Source: Paramoeba atlantica | Lineage: Eukaryota > Protista > Discosea | Assembly (NCBI GenBank): GCA_977017575.1 | Contig: CDRNVI010000193.1 | Location: 1 to 64,000, forward strand | Length of the DNA: 64,000 nucleotides | Direction: 5' to 3' | Shown here: one piece after another, positions 1 to 10,548 of the stretch | Layout of the letters: every line of letters begins with the position of its first letter | Numbering within the stretch: the first letter of the stretch is position 1 | Notes under the pieces: model-generated | The model's input: the letters and a program-made list of their open reading frames with translations, nothing else | Told to the model about the DNA's origin: nothing | Database searches by the model: none | Program-made: the position numbers and the translations under genes

Positions 1-1355
1 GAAGATCTCGCTTTAGGCCTCGCAGGGTGACTGTCAATAAAGATCCCCAACTGCCCTTCAATACATTCAATCTTCTTGAGCACTGCAGAAATCATTCTGG
101 GGATTATTCCTCTCCTCCACGACTTCCCTTCCTTCGGACCCTTCCAACCAAGGGAGGCTTGGTCCAACAGACCCATTTCAAGGGAAGAGTATGGCCTCTG
201 GACCGTAGATTTCCTAAGAATGCGAGAATTGTGAAGGGATCTTACAAGAGAGTAGATCTTCCACAGTTCTCTGAACAAAGCCGCCTCAGTGTTTCTTTCT
301 CTTCAGTAGGGAACTAATTCCCAAGCTGTGGTCTTAAATCTGGTCAAAAACTCGTTAAAATCATCACCCTCAGAGAAGGTACCCATCCTCTCAATAAGAG
401 TGTTGATGAACCCATGGTCATTAATCAGATACTCAGGGATGGATTTCTTATTCGCCCGAATCTCCCATTCCTTAAACGAGGATCCTCCAATCAGCAGTGC
501 ATGATCTTTAAAGCCGGACGGGATGGCATTGATAAACAAACATTTTAATAGAGCCTTGGACAAGAAGAAGATATGGTCGATACACCTCCCTTTATAATGG
601 GTGGGTTCATCCCATTTCAAGCATGACATACAAAGAGTAGCACAACACTTTTCAATTTCCCCCATCTGTTTTTCCTTCACATCCCAATTGAAATCACCCC
701 CAAAGATATTTATGCTCCTGGGGTTCTGACCGAAGAAACAAGCGGCTTCCTGCGAGATGGTGGCTACTTTGAGGTCAGGGTGACAGTATATATTCAGGAC
801 GGAATAGTTCGTCAATCCAATAGTCACATGGACACCAAATAATCCACTCATGGTCTGGTCAAAGAAACAGGGAGAGATCTCTTTCACCTCCTCCATCTGC
901 CTAACACCAATGAGCAGACCCCTCCTCTTCCCAAAGGAGTTGTCTCTCAACCAGATATACTTCCTCAATTGGTTCCTGATAAGATCAAGGTCACTTTCAA
1001 AATCAGAGTGAGATTCTTGAATCAAAATGAAAAGAGGCCGACAACTCCTAGCCATCTTCTGAAGGGTTCTCAATTTTTCGAAATTTTGAATCCCATTCAT
1101 GTTCCAGGAAATAACACGTGCATCAGGAAACCTACATTCATCACTCTCACTTAAATTAGCTGAGGACCTATCACGGGGGTCAACTCCTGGCTCACTCGGA
1201 GGACCTGATGGGAGGCACTCTGACTGGGATACATTAGGCAAGTTTGTTGTTGGGGGAGGAGCTACCTGGGGGTCCACACCAAAACTACTTCTAATATCCA
1301 CCAATCCCTTTTCCTTTCTCTTCTTATTCTTCTTCTTCTTGAGTTTAGTCATCAT
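1..1355 (-). pseudogene. LINE-A ORF2 N-terminus (basic leader plus APE endonuclease), TGG>TGA stop at 303-305
   Basis: ORF 303..1355 has AP-endonuclease motifs and matches 48522 onward. Confidence 0.92.
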
Positions 1356-1360
1356 TTGTT

Positions 1361-1459
1361 TGTTTTTTTTTTTTTTTTGTTTTTGTTTTTGTGTTTTTGT
1401 GTTTTTGTGTTTTTGTGTTTTTGTGTTTTTGTGTTTTTGTGTTTTTTTTTTTTTTTTTT
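1361..1459 (-). repeat. Inter-ORF spacer of LINE-A copy 1: about 7 x AAAAACAC flanked by A-runs
   Basis: (GTGTTTTT)n read directly on the + strand. Confidence 0.9.
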
Positions 1460-3731
1460 AAATGACTGACTTCCCTCCCTCACTCTCTCTCCTTGCTTGG
1501 GTTGTTCTGGCAAACTCCTCGTTTGTTTCGATCTCCATAGCATCCCCCTCTTCCTCCTCTTTTCCTTCCACTCTCATATCTGACCCTTCAACCAAAAAGG
1601 AAAAGGGGACACCGTCTTGGACACCACCGCCTCTTTCCTCGGGTTTTTCCATAAGTGGATGAACAAAACCCACCCCTTCCTCATTTGGAAATTTCACCAA
1701 CTTTCTTTCCCTGCTCTCCTTTTCTTGTGCGATTTTTCTTTTCTTTTGTGATATTTTTTCCTTTTCCTCTTCACTCTCATTCTTTCCTTTTTCCCACCCT
1801 ACTCTAACATTAATCACCTCTTCTGATCCGCCCTTCTTCCTCTTAGTGCATCCTGTCTTCACAAGGTACTCAACCAAATAGAAAGCTTGACGCCTTAATC
1901 TCCTATCCTCTGGGAAAATTGAGCCATTCTCCAACCCCTCATAAACTCTTCCAAAATCCTCGGTTGCGCTTGCCCATTCGATGTTCAGGTTCAATTTCTT
2001 TAACATTGATTTCGCCTCCCTTCTATTGTCAGGTTCCTCCACCAATCCATTTTCGACCAGTAAATCTTCTTCGTTGATAAAGATGGGAGCAGGGCCAGAA
2101 ACAGGTTGGCTTCTTCTGTTCTCCTTCTTTTGGATCACAGAATTAGCGCAATTTCTTGACTTGCCCACAGTCTCTTTTGATAAAGAAGCAGACTTAAAGG
2201 AAGAGACTACTGGGTTGGAACATGTGTTCACCGATGTCCAGGTACCCTTCTTTTTTGGTTGAGCTTGCGGTCACTGGGCTGGCAATATGGGGGGCACTGA
2301 GAATCCACTAACTTGTTTGCTGCTCCCATTTATTGTTTTAATTTTCGAAAAGGTTTTGGTCCTGATGGGAGAAAACAAACTCATCTTACTCAGAGCTGCA
2401 GCATCACGCTTGACTGGACCCACAGAGGAACTCCTTTGGACAGCTGATCCCTTAGTTGTGGAAGAAGGTACTTTGAAGTTATTGGGTACAACTTCATGGC
2501 TCTTCTTCACAGGAGGGAGGCCCTTCGGAGGGGTAGGTTCAGCAGGAATAACATTAGGTGAGCGAGACACCAACCCTTGGCCACCAGCATTACACGCAGG
2601 TAAATTTGAGCCATCTTTTTTAACACCAATGGGGGAGAGACCTTCAGCAGGCTTAGAAGCTTGTGACTTGGGGGGAGTTTGATCTTTTCTCTCAGGGCCC
2701 ACCACCATAGACTCACCAGTATTACCGAGGGGGGCACAGGATGAGGGGACTCCTTCAGGTGAGACGAAGTTAAATTGCACACCATCTCTGGCAGCTTGTT
2801 TTCTTATCTTAACTCCTTTGGGGTCGCGGGTGTTGATTGAGTACATTTTCGTTCTCGCCATATTGCCAACTTCACTTGGATCCTTTTTTTGTAAAATTTC
2901 AAATAAACAATCCAAACAAGCAGGATGGTTAATTTGGCAAGTGGGGCATTTCACCACTTTATCAAAGGGCCTCGATGGGGTCCAAACAGAAACTCGAGCT
3001 TGAGTATTGCTAATCCCCAACCACCCTTTGGTGTGGGCGATGAGACGGACAAGGTTAATGGGGATTTGGGTGTAAACCAAAACAATACAATTTTGGGCTA
3101 TTTGAACTACTTCCTTCAAGTTATGTCTCGGAAGAGAATTTGGGTCAGCAAAAAGATTCTGGATCCACTCCACACCCTCGGCTTCGAAGGGAACCCTGAT
3201 TTTGAGCCCCCACAATTTTGCGTCCTTGTTGTTCCTCCAGACAAAGGATTTCTTGAGTTTTTTTGCCAATTTGTCACCTTTGTTCAAAAACTCTTTTTCT
3301 ACACTGGCAGCATCCATGTTCTCAAGCACTGAGATCACAAAATGGCCCTGCTTGACATTCACAAAAATCTTCCCTTTAAGAGAAGTCACATTTTCAATCG
3401 CTTTGATAACCTCGTTGAAGTTGGGAAGTCCCAGTCTAAAATCCAGTGATCCCACTAACTTTGTTGATCTCGACTTGGCTCCAACAACAGTTTTTGGGTT
3501 CAGGCGCATGACTAAACCTTGGTATAGTCTGACATTGTTCCGATCAATCTCGTGTAACACATCGCTGAGACCTTTGGAGGCTGGAAAGCCTTCCTTGGTT
3601 TCGAGAGGTCTTTTCTTTCTTTCACTTTTTTTAACAACTTGAGCAAATGATTCACTATCCGCTCGTCCTGACCAGGCGTTTCTGGCAGGAAAACCCTCTC
3701 CTTCCTTTACACTGGGTGAAGAGGTTTCCAT
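1458..3731 (-). pseudogene. LINE-A ORF1 (gag-like, CPTCQINHPACLDC zinc knuckle), one premature stop
   Basis: ORF track 2271..3758 and 1458..2231 are in the same frame and homologous to ORF1 at 46157-48424. Confidence 0.9.
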
Positions 3732-3813
3732 AATATTTTTTGTGGCAACCAGCCACAAGAATACACACTACAACAAAAGATAGGAAATTCAGACAAATGT
3801 ATCTTGAACCCCC

Positions 3814-3865
<52 letters not shown>

Positions 3866-4369
3866 GGGATATTTGATCCCCCCAAAAAAAAATCCCTTCT
3901 TTGACCTTGGCTCACCGCTCTCTGTTTTCTCACCCTGATTTTATTTTCTTGCCCTTGTCCTTGACTCTTCTTGATTATCTTTGGTTCTCAACTTGGAAAC
4001 TCTGATAGTGATAATAAACATCTTCAAAAACGAAGCACCAGGACTGTGCACCCCAGATTATGCTTTGCTTAATCACCCAGTGTTTTATTAGTGGGAAACA
4101 CACTTGTCTGCCAAATTTGTTCTGATCCACTTGAGGTTGTCTTCCCTGATTGGTAATCTTTAGTTTTCTCTTGATGATTCCCCTGGCATTTAATATGAAT
4201 ACTTGTTCTCTTATCCCTCCATTTGATGAGATGAAGCCACTGAAATTAGAAAAATGGAATGTGTTTGATTTGCACCCTTGAAATCTTTTTGATAACTGTC
4301 CCTGATTAATGAAATGATGATTTGAACCTTGACGAATCCTGTTTGAATGTGATTTTGTATTTCCTGAGT

Positions 4370-4700
4370 GTTTCTTCTGTTGTGTTGTGCTTTTGTTGCT
4401 TCTCTCCCTCTTCCCCTTGGCCACACAGATTCTCTTGTTGTGTTCTTGCATTTTGTCTTCATTTGAACAATGCTGCTTGTTGTTCAAATGGCTCCAAATT
4501 GGGGGAGGTGTGTTATGATCCTGTCGGTTCTTGGTTTTGTCCATTTGGAGCCATTCTCACATCCATCACTGCTGCTCTGTCTGCTCTCTCTCTTTCCCTC
4601 TCTTCTTTCTCTTTTCTCTTTGTTTTCCTCCTTTTGTTTTCTCCTGTTCTTTTCCTTCTTTTCCTGCTTTTTGTTTGTTTTGCTCTTTGTTTTGATGATT
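4370..4700 (+). mobile_element. Internally deleted Copia-2-related remnant: LTR 3' end, 81 bp internal, PPT, LTR 5' part
   Basis: TTCCCCTTGGCCACACA-GATT (4411-4431) matches the LTR end and PBS start at 53032-53052 (minus strand). The 3' UTR, PPT GGGGGAGG (4501-4508) and LTR start TGTGTTATGATCCTG (4509) match 40750-40830 (minus strand). The right boundary is approximate. Confidence 0.75.
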
Positions 4701-4879
4701 CTTTGCTTTTCTCATAATGATTCACACGATCCAATTTTCAATTTGAATCTGTTCTCCTTCTCTGATTCTCATTTTTCGGTTATTTTGCTGCTTTGATCTG
4801 GATGAATCACAAAATTTTTGAAGTTTGTTTTGATTTGAATGTTTTTCAGTTTTCCCTTTGTTTTTGTTGATCCAAACCT

Positions 4880-5662
4880 TCGATTGCTTTAACATAAGGA
4901 GAAGATTTACAACCAAGGCATGAGGGGTGTTCATCTACAAAAATTCTAAGTTGTTGTTTGAGAACTGCAATTCAAACCTTCCCAGCTTTGATCATTCTGG
5001 GAATAGCTTTGATTCTCTTCTTTTTAACACTAAACTTTATTAGGTGATGGTTTAACCCAAAGCCACTAATTTTTTTTAAGGTTAAAGATAACAAGGATAG
5101 AGTTTCACTTCTTTAAGTTCAAATGATCCAAAGATCTTTAATTCACTTAAACTCCTTCTCAGGGAATTTATTCTCTGCTTTTTAGCAGACAGGGCAGAGG
5201 ATAATCTGTTCTGTTTTTCACATTCAAGTGAGCAGGAAGAGAAAATAATGTTTTAATATTTTCCTCTTTGGGATTTGAACCTGCAACCCTGAATTGAAGC
5301 AATAGCTGTTTTACCAACTAAACCATCATGCCACAATTTATAGCTTTGATTTTCCATTTCTTGTCATCTCAAAAGCCATTCCATTCTATTGCAGCTGTAT
5401 GAAGGAGTTCAAGTTCCAACAAAGAGAAAGAATGTATGGCTGAAATTTTTCTTAAAATCTTGGTCTTTGCAAGGTGTTTGATGATTGTCTGGAGTTTCTA
5501 TAGTTCTTTGAAAAGGTAAGCTTCTTTCCTTTTGTCTTTCCACAGGGACTAATTCCCATATCTTTTCCTTGAGTTTACTAAGACAACTGACAGGATCTTT
5601 TCCATCTATATGATAGGATCACCTTCCATATAGTTCCCAACTTCATTAATGAGGGCATTAAT
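4880..5662 (-). mobile_element. LINE family B internal fragment (APE-RT linker), interrupted by SINE-D
   Basis: The reverse complement aligns with about 17110-17525. Confidence 0.85.
5018..5332 (-). mobile_element. SINE family D, full length, tRNA-like head
   Basis: Sense starts GGCATGATGGTTTAGTTGGTAAAAC (A box) ... GGTTCAAATCCC (B box) and has an A-rich tail. TSD ATAGCTTTGATT(C/T)TC at 5003-5017 and 5340-5354. Confidence 0.85.
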
Positions 5663-5982
5663 AAGTATTACCAATTCTGATTATCAGATTGTGATGAGAT
5701 ATTGGGCCAAATGGCTAATGGAAAGTGTCAGAGAGGTGATTTCCCCTGAACAAAATGCTATGTTTGCTGGAAGGTCCATTGATAAAGCAGTGGAATCAAT
5801 ACATGATTGGTTTATGGAAGCAATGGCAGAGAGCAAAGACATAACCATCCTCCAAACTGATTTCTGTAAGACCTATAACTATGTTAACCATGAAGCCCTT
5901 ATAGAATTGCTGATTGAGTTGAATGCTCCCCCCCAAGCTCTTGAAGTTGTATTTAAAGTTCTGCAAGAGTCAGATACATGGC
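5660..5982 (+). mobile_element. LINE family A RT fragment
   Basis: Aligns closely with about 50290-50615 (ISITNSDY...LQTDFCK...ESDTW). Confidence 0.88.
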
Positions 5983-6175
5983 TTTTTTTTTAACACTGGG
6001 CTTTATTAGGTGATGGCTTAACCCAAAGCCACTAATTTTTTAAGGTTAAAGATAATAAGGATAGAGTTTCACCTCTTTAGGTTCAAATGGTCCAAAGACC
6101 TTTAATTCACTTAAACTCCTTCTCAGGGAATTTATTTTCTGCTTTTTAGCAGACAGGGCAGAGGATAATTTGTTT
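5983..6175 (-). mobile_element. SINE family D, 3' portion only
   Basis: Near-identical to 5021-5215, with a poly(T) tract at 5983-5991. Confidence 0.85.
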
Positions 6176-7995
6176 GTTTTTTTTTCACTAGACATCAGAA
6201 GATGTCATTAATTTATTAAAGTAAAAAACCATCATATAGATGGAAAAGATAGTTTAGATCTTACCAATTGGTAACATAGATATGGTTGATTATATTTAAA
6301 TTAGTTAATTCTTAGAATAGTTAGTTAATCTTCATCATCACTTGGAGGAGGTCTACCTTTTTTAAAGATTACATATCTTTTTTTCTTTTTTTTCCTTTTC
6401 TTTCTATTCTTTTCCCAACATACTTTCACATAACTTGTCACTTGGGATTGAAGTAGAATAGAAATCATAGAGGTCTTTAGAAAGGGCTACTGGTGTTATC
6501 AAGGTTTCATCAGGAGAGAGAGGTTTGGGGAAGTATACCACTTGAGTTGTAATTACTAAACCTTGGAATTTCCTCAAGAGTGTGGAAGAGGGGATGAGAT
6601 AACTCCAATTTCACTCAAGGGGGTTGTTCAGTTTAGTCCATAAGAGAGAATTATCAACAATCCATTCTTCTTCAGTTTTTCCAACTTGTTTAATACAAGG
6701 GTTCCATTTGAAATCATTAACAGCAACTATTCCATCCATAACTAACCAACTAGCAGCAGTAGCAATAGCATCAGCATGTTTGTTAAGTTCACAAAAGACA
6801 TGGATAAATTCAACATCTTCAAATTTAGCAGCAGTTGCTTTAATCTCAATCAACAGGAGGTTAAGTTCATGGTTACTAATATTGTGACTCTTAGGAGCTG
6901 CCTTGGTTAGTATCATACAATCATCAACAATTTGGATGTGAGAACCCAAACCTCTTGCACTCTTTAATCCCAAGAGACAGCCTTTGAATTCACCAACATT
7001 ATTTGTACCAAAGGGAATAGTTTCAGCACCAACCAGGATTTCCTTTCCATCTCTGAAAATAGCATAGCCAGCACCACCAAGGTGAGAATCAGTATGGCCT
7101 GAACCATTGTAGAAAACTTGTAAGCCTTTAAACTTGAACTTTTTGATTTCTCTCTTTTTCTTTGCAGAGGTTGGGTCTTTATGAAGAGGTTTGGGAAGGA
7201 GTTTGTTCTTTTTTAAGATTTTGTGAAAGATATCAATAGCATACTCAGCAGATTGGGATCCTTCAGCATACACAGTTATCCACAGTGCAAGTAAGGCAGC
7301 ACTCACTATTGAGGTGAAGAGGTTTGAGCAATATTGAGCAATAAGTCCACACACAAAGGAAGAGGATTCCCAAGATGGAAGTTTCAACTTTATGCAGCTT
7401 TGTCCCATCTTTTCAAGGTAGCTTTTAGCACAAATACAAGTTTTGAGGAGGTGGGTTTGAGATTCTTTTTCTTTCTTACATAATCAATAGATAGGAGGTT
7501 CCAAAGTAAAATAGGAAATCTTATCCATTGTAAGGAGACCACAAATTAAGAATTTGGTAAGATTTTGTTGGAGCTGAAGTTTAAGAGTATGAGCTAAGTT
7601 GTAGACAATACATTTGATCTTTCCACCCTCTTGGTAGATATTTTCAAGCACAATAGGTATTTGATGAGAAAGGAAACTATAGTTTGTTTTGGTTGGGCCT
7701 CCCAGAGTCACTTCTTTAGAGATTTTTGAAGCAGCAGAGTAAGCATCAAGTCTCATAGCTCCAATGGCCAAGGGATTCTTGTATTCACAACTTAGAGGTT
7801 TATGAGAAATAAGAAGAGCCCAATTGAAGAGAATGAAGTGACAAACTTGACATTTACTACCAAAAAAAAAAAAAAAACCCTTAGGAAACATTTGAGGATT
7901 CTTTTTTGCTGATATCTTCCCTTTCTCAAGTTAGCTGTGGTAGAAGACCACCCCACAGGGAGCTGAGCATATCTGCTGATAGCTTTCAACTTACT
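6176..7995 (-). mobile_element. LINE family E, 5'-truncated 3' portion (zinc finger, RNase H, 3' UTR, poly(A))
   Basis: ORF 6611..7408 has LQVFYNGSG...GTNNVGEF...DDCMIL...HADAIA, homologous to LINE-A RNase H. Tail reads AATAAA...GACATCTTCTGATGTC...A(n). The 5' boundary is approximate. Confidence 0.88.
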
Positions 7996-7999
7996 CTAT

Positions 8000-10548
8000 C
8001 CAATTATGTTTTCCAGAAGCTCAGACTTGTCTTTCAACAGAGTTGCTGGAGGAAATGCTAATTCAGCACTACTATTTTTGAAAAAAGCAGTCCCAGGTAT
8101 GAACCAAATGATTGCTAAGCTTTGGGAGATGATTGATATTAAGAATGCCTCCCTTTCTACTTGCCTTGCTACCAAACTCAACCTGTCTCTCATCAAAGGA
8201 GCCAGAGTACACCCCCTTTTCCCAGTAGGAGCCTTTGCCTTCCCCAATGAGATTCCTACCTTCTCCAACTTCTTGAGAGCTATTGAAAGCCAAACCAACC
8301 TCAAGAGAAGCATTAGAGTGGAGGCAAGGGCCAAACACTATGCCATCCTTGCCCACAAGGAGGAAGATATCCTCACAATCCAATTTACTATTGAAAAGAA
8401 AGGAAATCTGATTGCCAACCAACTTGAGAGTTCTTGTATCTGGAGAATCAATCATGATGCCCATTTGTGGGGGATCAAGATTAGACTCCCCTTCCAAGTC
8501 TCAGAGAATGAGTGGATTTACAATTTATTCAACAGAGAGAACTATCTTCCCTCTTTCAATCTTAAAGAAGTGGTACGAGTCTCAGATGACTGCATCATCA
8601 TCTTCTACAAGTCCATCCCCCTCTCTCTAGTCCACCTTATTGCCAAGACCAAAGGATTCATCTGAATCAATGCCTTGATTAAAGCCAAGTGTTCCATTTG
8701 GACACCAACCTGACCATATTACCTCCTTGTTGAGTGCCCCCTCTGCAGGGTGAACCATTCTGCAAGCCTTACTTGCACTGCAAAGATCATCTGGAAACAA
8801 AAAGAAGATGCCATCAGCAAGCTTTTTGAAGAAGAGCAACAAAGTCCTAGTTTTGAGGAAAAGAAATACCAGAAGATAGAGCAGAAAATGGCAAATAAAA
8901 GAAAAAAAAAGGAAAAAAGAATAATCAAGATATCAGAAAGTATGGACTTGTTCACCCCCCTCCCCAGAGATCTGATGCCCAACTTCAACCCTTTCCTTTG
9001 ATGCTTGTCAACAAGTCCCAACTAATTTCTCATCTCCCCACTCCCCCCACCCCCCTCAACTCCCCTTTCCCCCAAGAGAGACTTTGTAATTCTCAAATCC
9101 CCTCTCTGGAATCCAACCCCCAAGTTACTCCAAATTTGTTGTTTTTCTTGGTTCCCCAACTTGAGAATTCTTTTCTGGAATATAAATGGGCTGCAAAATG
9201 AAGAGAAACTTGAGATCTGTAAGAGGATGGCAGCTAGCTCCCAGCCCCTATTCATCTTCCTCCAGGAAACCCATGCAACATCTGAAAATGATCTTGATCA
9301 TCTTAAGAACCACTTGAGGAAGTACATTTGGTTTTGTAACTCCTTCTCTGAGAGGAAATGTGGCCTTGTGATTGGAATTAGATATGTGGAAGGGATCCCT
9401 CTCTTCTTTTTTGGGGCCATTTGTTTGTGAATGCAATTCCATCTGGATTCAAAGATCATGCTGTAATGATTGGAGGAGCCAGTGTAAAAGAGTGGGAGAG
9501 CAACTCTCAGAAGAAGAGGATTCCTGAATATCTAATTAATGATCCCAAATTTATCTCTACTCTCTCTGAAGCTGTTGGAAACTACTCTGTGGGTGACCTT
9601 GTGACCTGTCTTGATAAAATGAAATCTGAAGCCTGGAGATTGACTGCTCTGTGGAAGGACAAGCATAAGAAAACTCATCTCTTCAAGAAACTTTGGAAAT
9701 TGCAGACTTTAGTTAAGAAGCTGAGAACAACTCAAATCCTTAGGAAGGATAGCCCAGCTCACCCCTTCACCTCCTTGGAAGCTGAACTGAGAGAAGCAGC
9801 AGCTGAGAATTGGGATAACCCTTTGAAAGGGCAGAAATGGAGATTAAAGATTATTCCTCAGATGATTAAAGTTGGTCTCTCTTGAATATCAAGTCTTGAA
9901 CAACAACTTAGAGTCTTCCTTGACAACCATCCAGCTTGTCCCAACAAGAAGTCCTCCCCCAAGGTGAGAGGAGTGATTGTTGATGGCATTTTGTCTTATG
10001 ACTCATCTATTGTGAAAGAAGCTATCAAGGGTTTTTGGGGTGATTTCTTGGGAACTGAACACCCTTATGACCTTAAAGCCCTGGATGAACTCCTTAACAA
10101 CCACCCCTTCTGCTTTCCAGACTCTGAAAATCATACAGTAGACCTTCTGAAAGTTGAGAAGCTGCTCCTTCAAGCCAACCATACCAGTGCAGGCCCTGAT
10201 GGAATTTCCTTCTCTCTCTATTGGAAAACTTATAAGAAATATCAAAAGATGTGGATCAAATTGATTCAACAAGCAGGAGAGAGTATGAAATTCCTTGATT
10301 CCTTTGGAGAGAGCCAATTGTGTTTGATTCCCAAGGTTGAGAATGTTCCTTGCCCTGACCAGTTCAGACCTATAAGTGTAACAAACTTTGATTATCAAAT
10401 TGTAATGTGATATTGGGTTCTTTGGTTTTCTGAAATTGCAAGTGGAGTAATCTCTGATACTCAATATGCAATGTTTAAGGGGAGATCAATTGATGCAGCT
10501 GTGGAAACAATTTATGATGCCTTCTATGAGGCTCAAGACTACTAAGCC
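8000..10548 (+). mobile_element. LINE family F 5' portion (ORF1, APE with internal deletion, RT start)
   Basis: ORF 8006..8665 is homologous to LINE-A ORF1 (LWGIKIRLPF). Zinc knuckle CPLCRVNHSASLTC, APE (FWNINGL, LQETH, FKDHA) and RT (AGPDG, PKV, FRPISV) follow. Confidence 0.88.

Larger units (their letters stand above)
1..3864 (-). mobile_element. LINE family A copy 1 (L1/Tx1-like non-LTR retrotransposon), 5' end intact, 3' part runs off the window
   Basis: Collinear and near-identical with 46032-49800. Contains ORF1 (ATG at 3731, TGA break at 2271-2273), the inter-ORF repeat and ORF2 APE (SWNMNG, IQESH, GGDFN, CIDHIF). T49 tract at 3816-3864 is the 5' poly(A). Confidence 0.95.

Noticed and set aside
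3975-4370. The 189-aa minus-strand ORF 3975..4544 as a possible host or viral gene
   Set aside because: It starts inside the LTR remnant, has no recognisable motif and lies in low-complexity DNA.
5270-5332. Possible tRNA genes at the SINE heads (also 38690-38749)
   Set aside because: A and B boxes are present, but there is no complete acceptor stem or cloverleaf. Each continues into a repeated body with poly(A) and a TSD, so these are SINEs.
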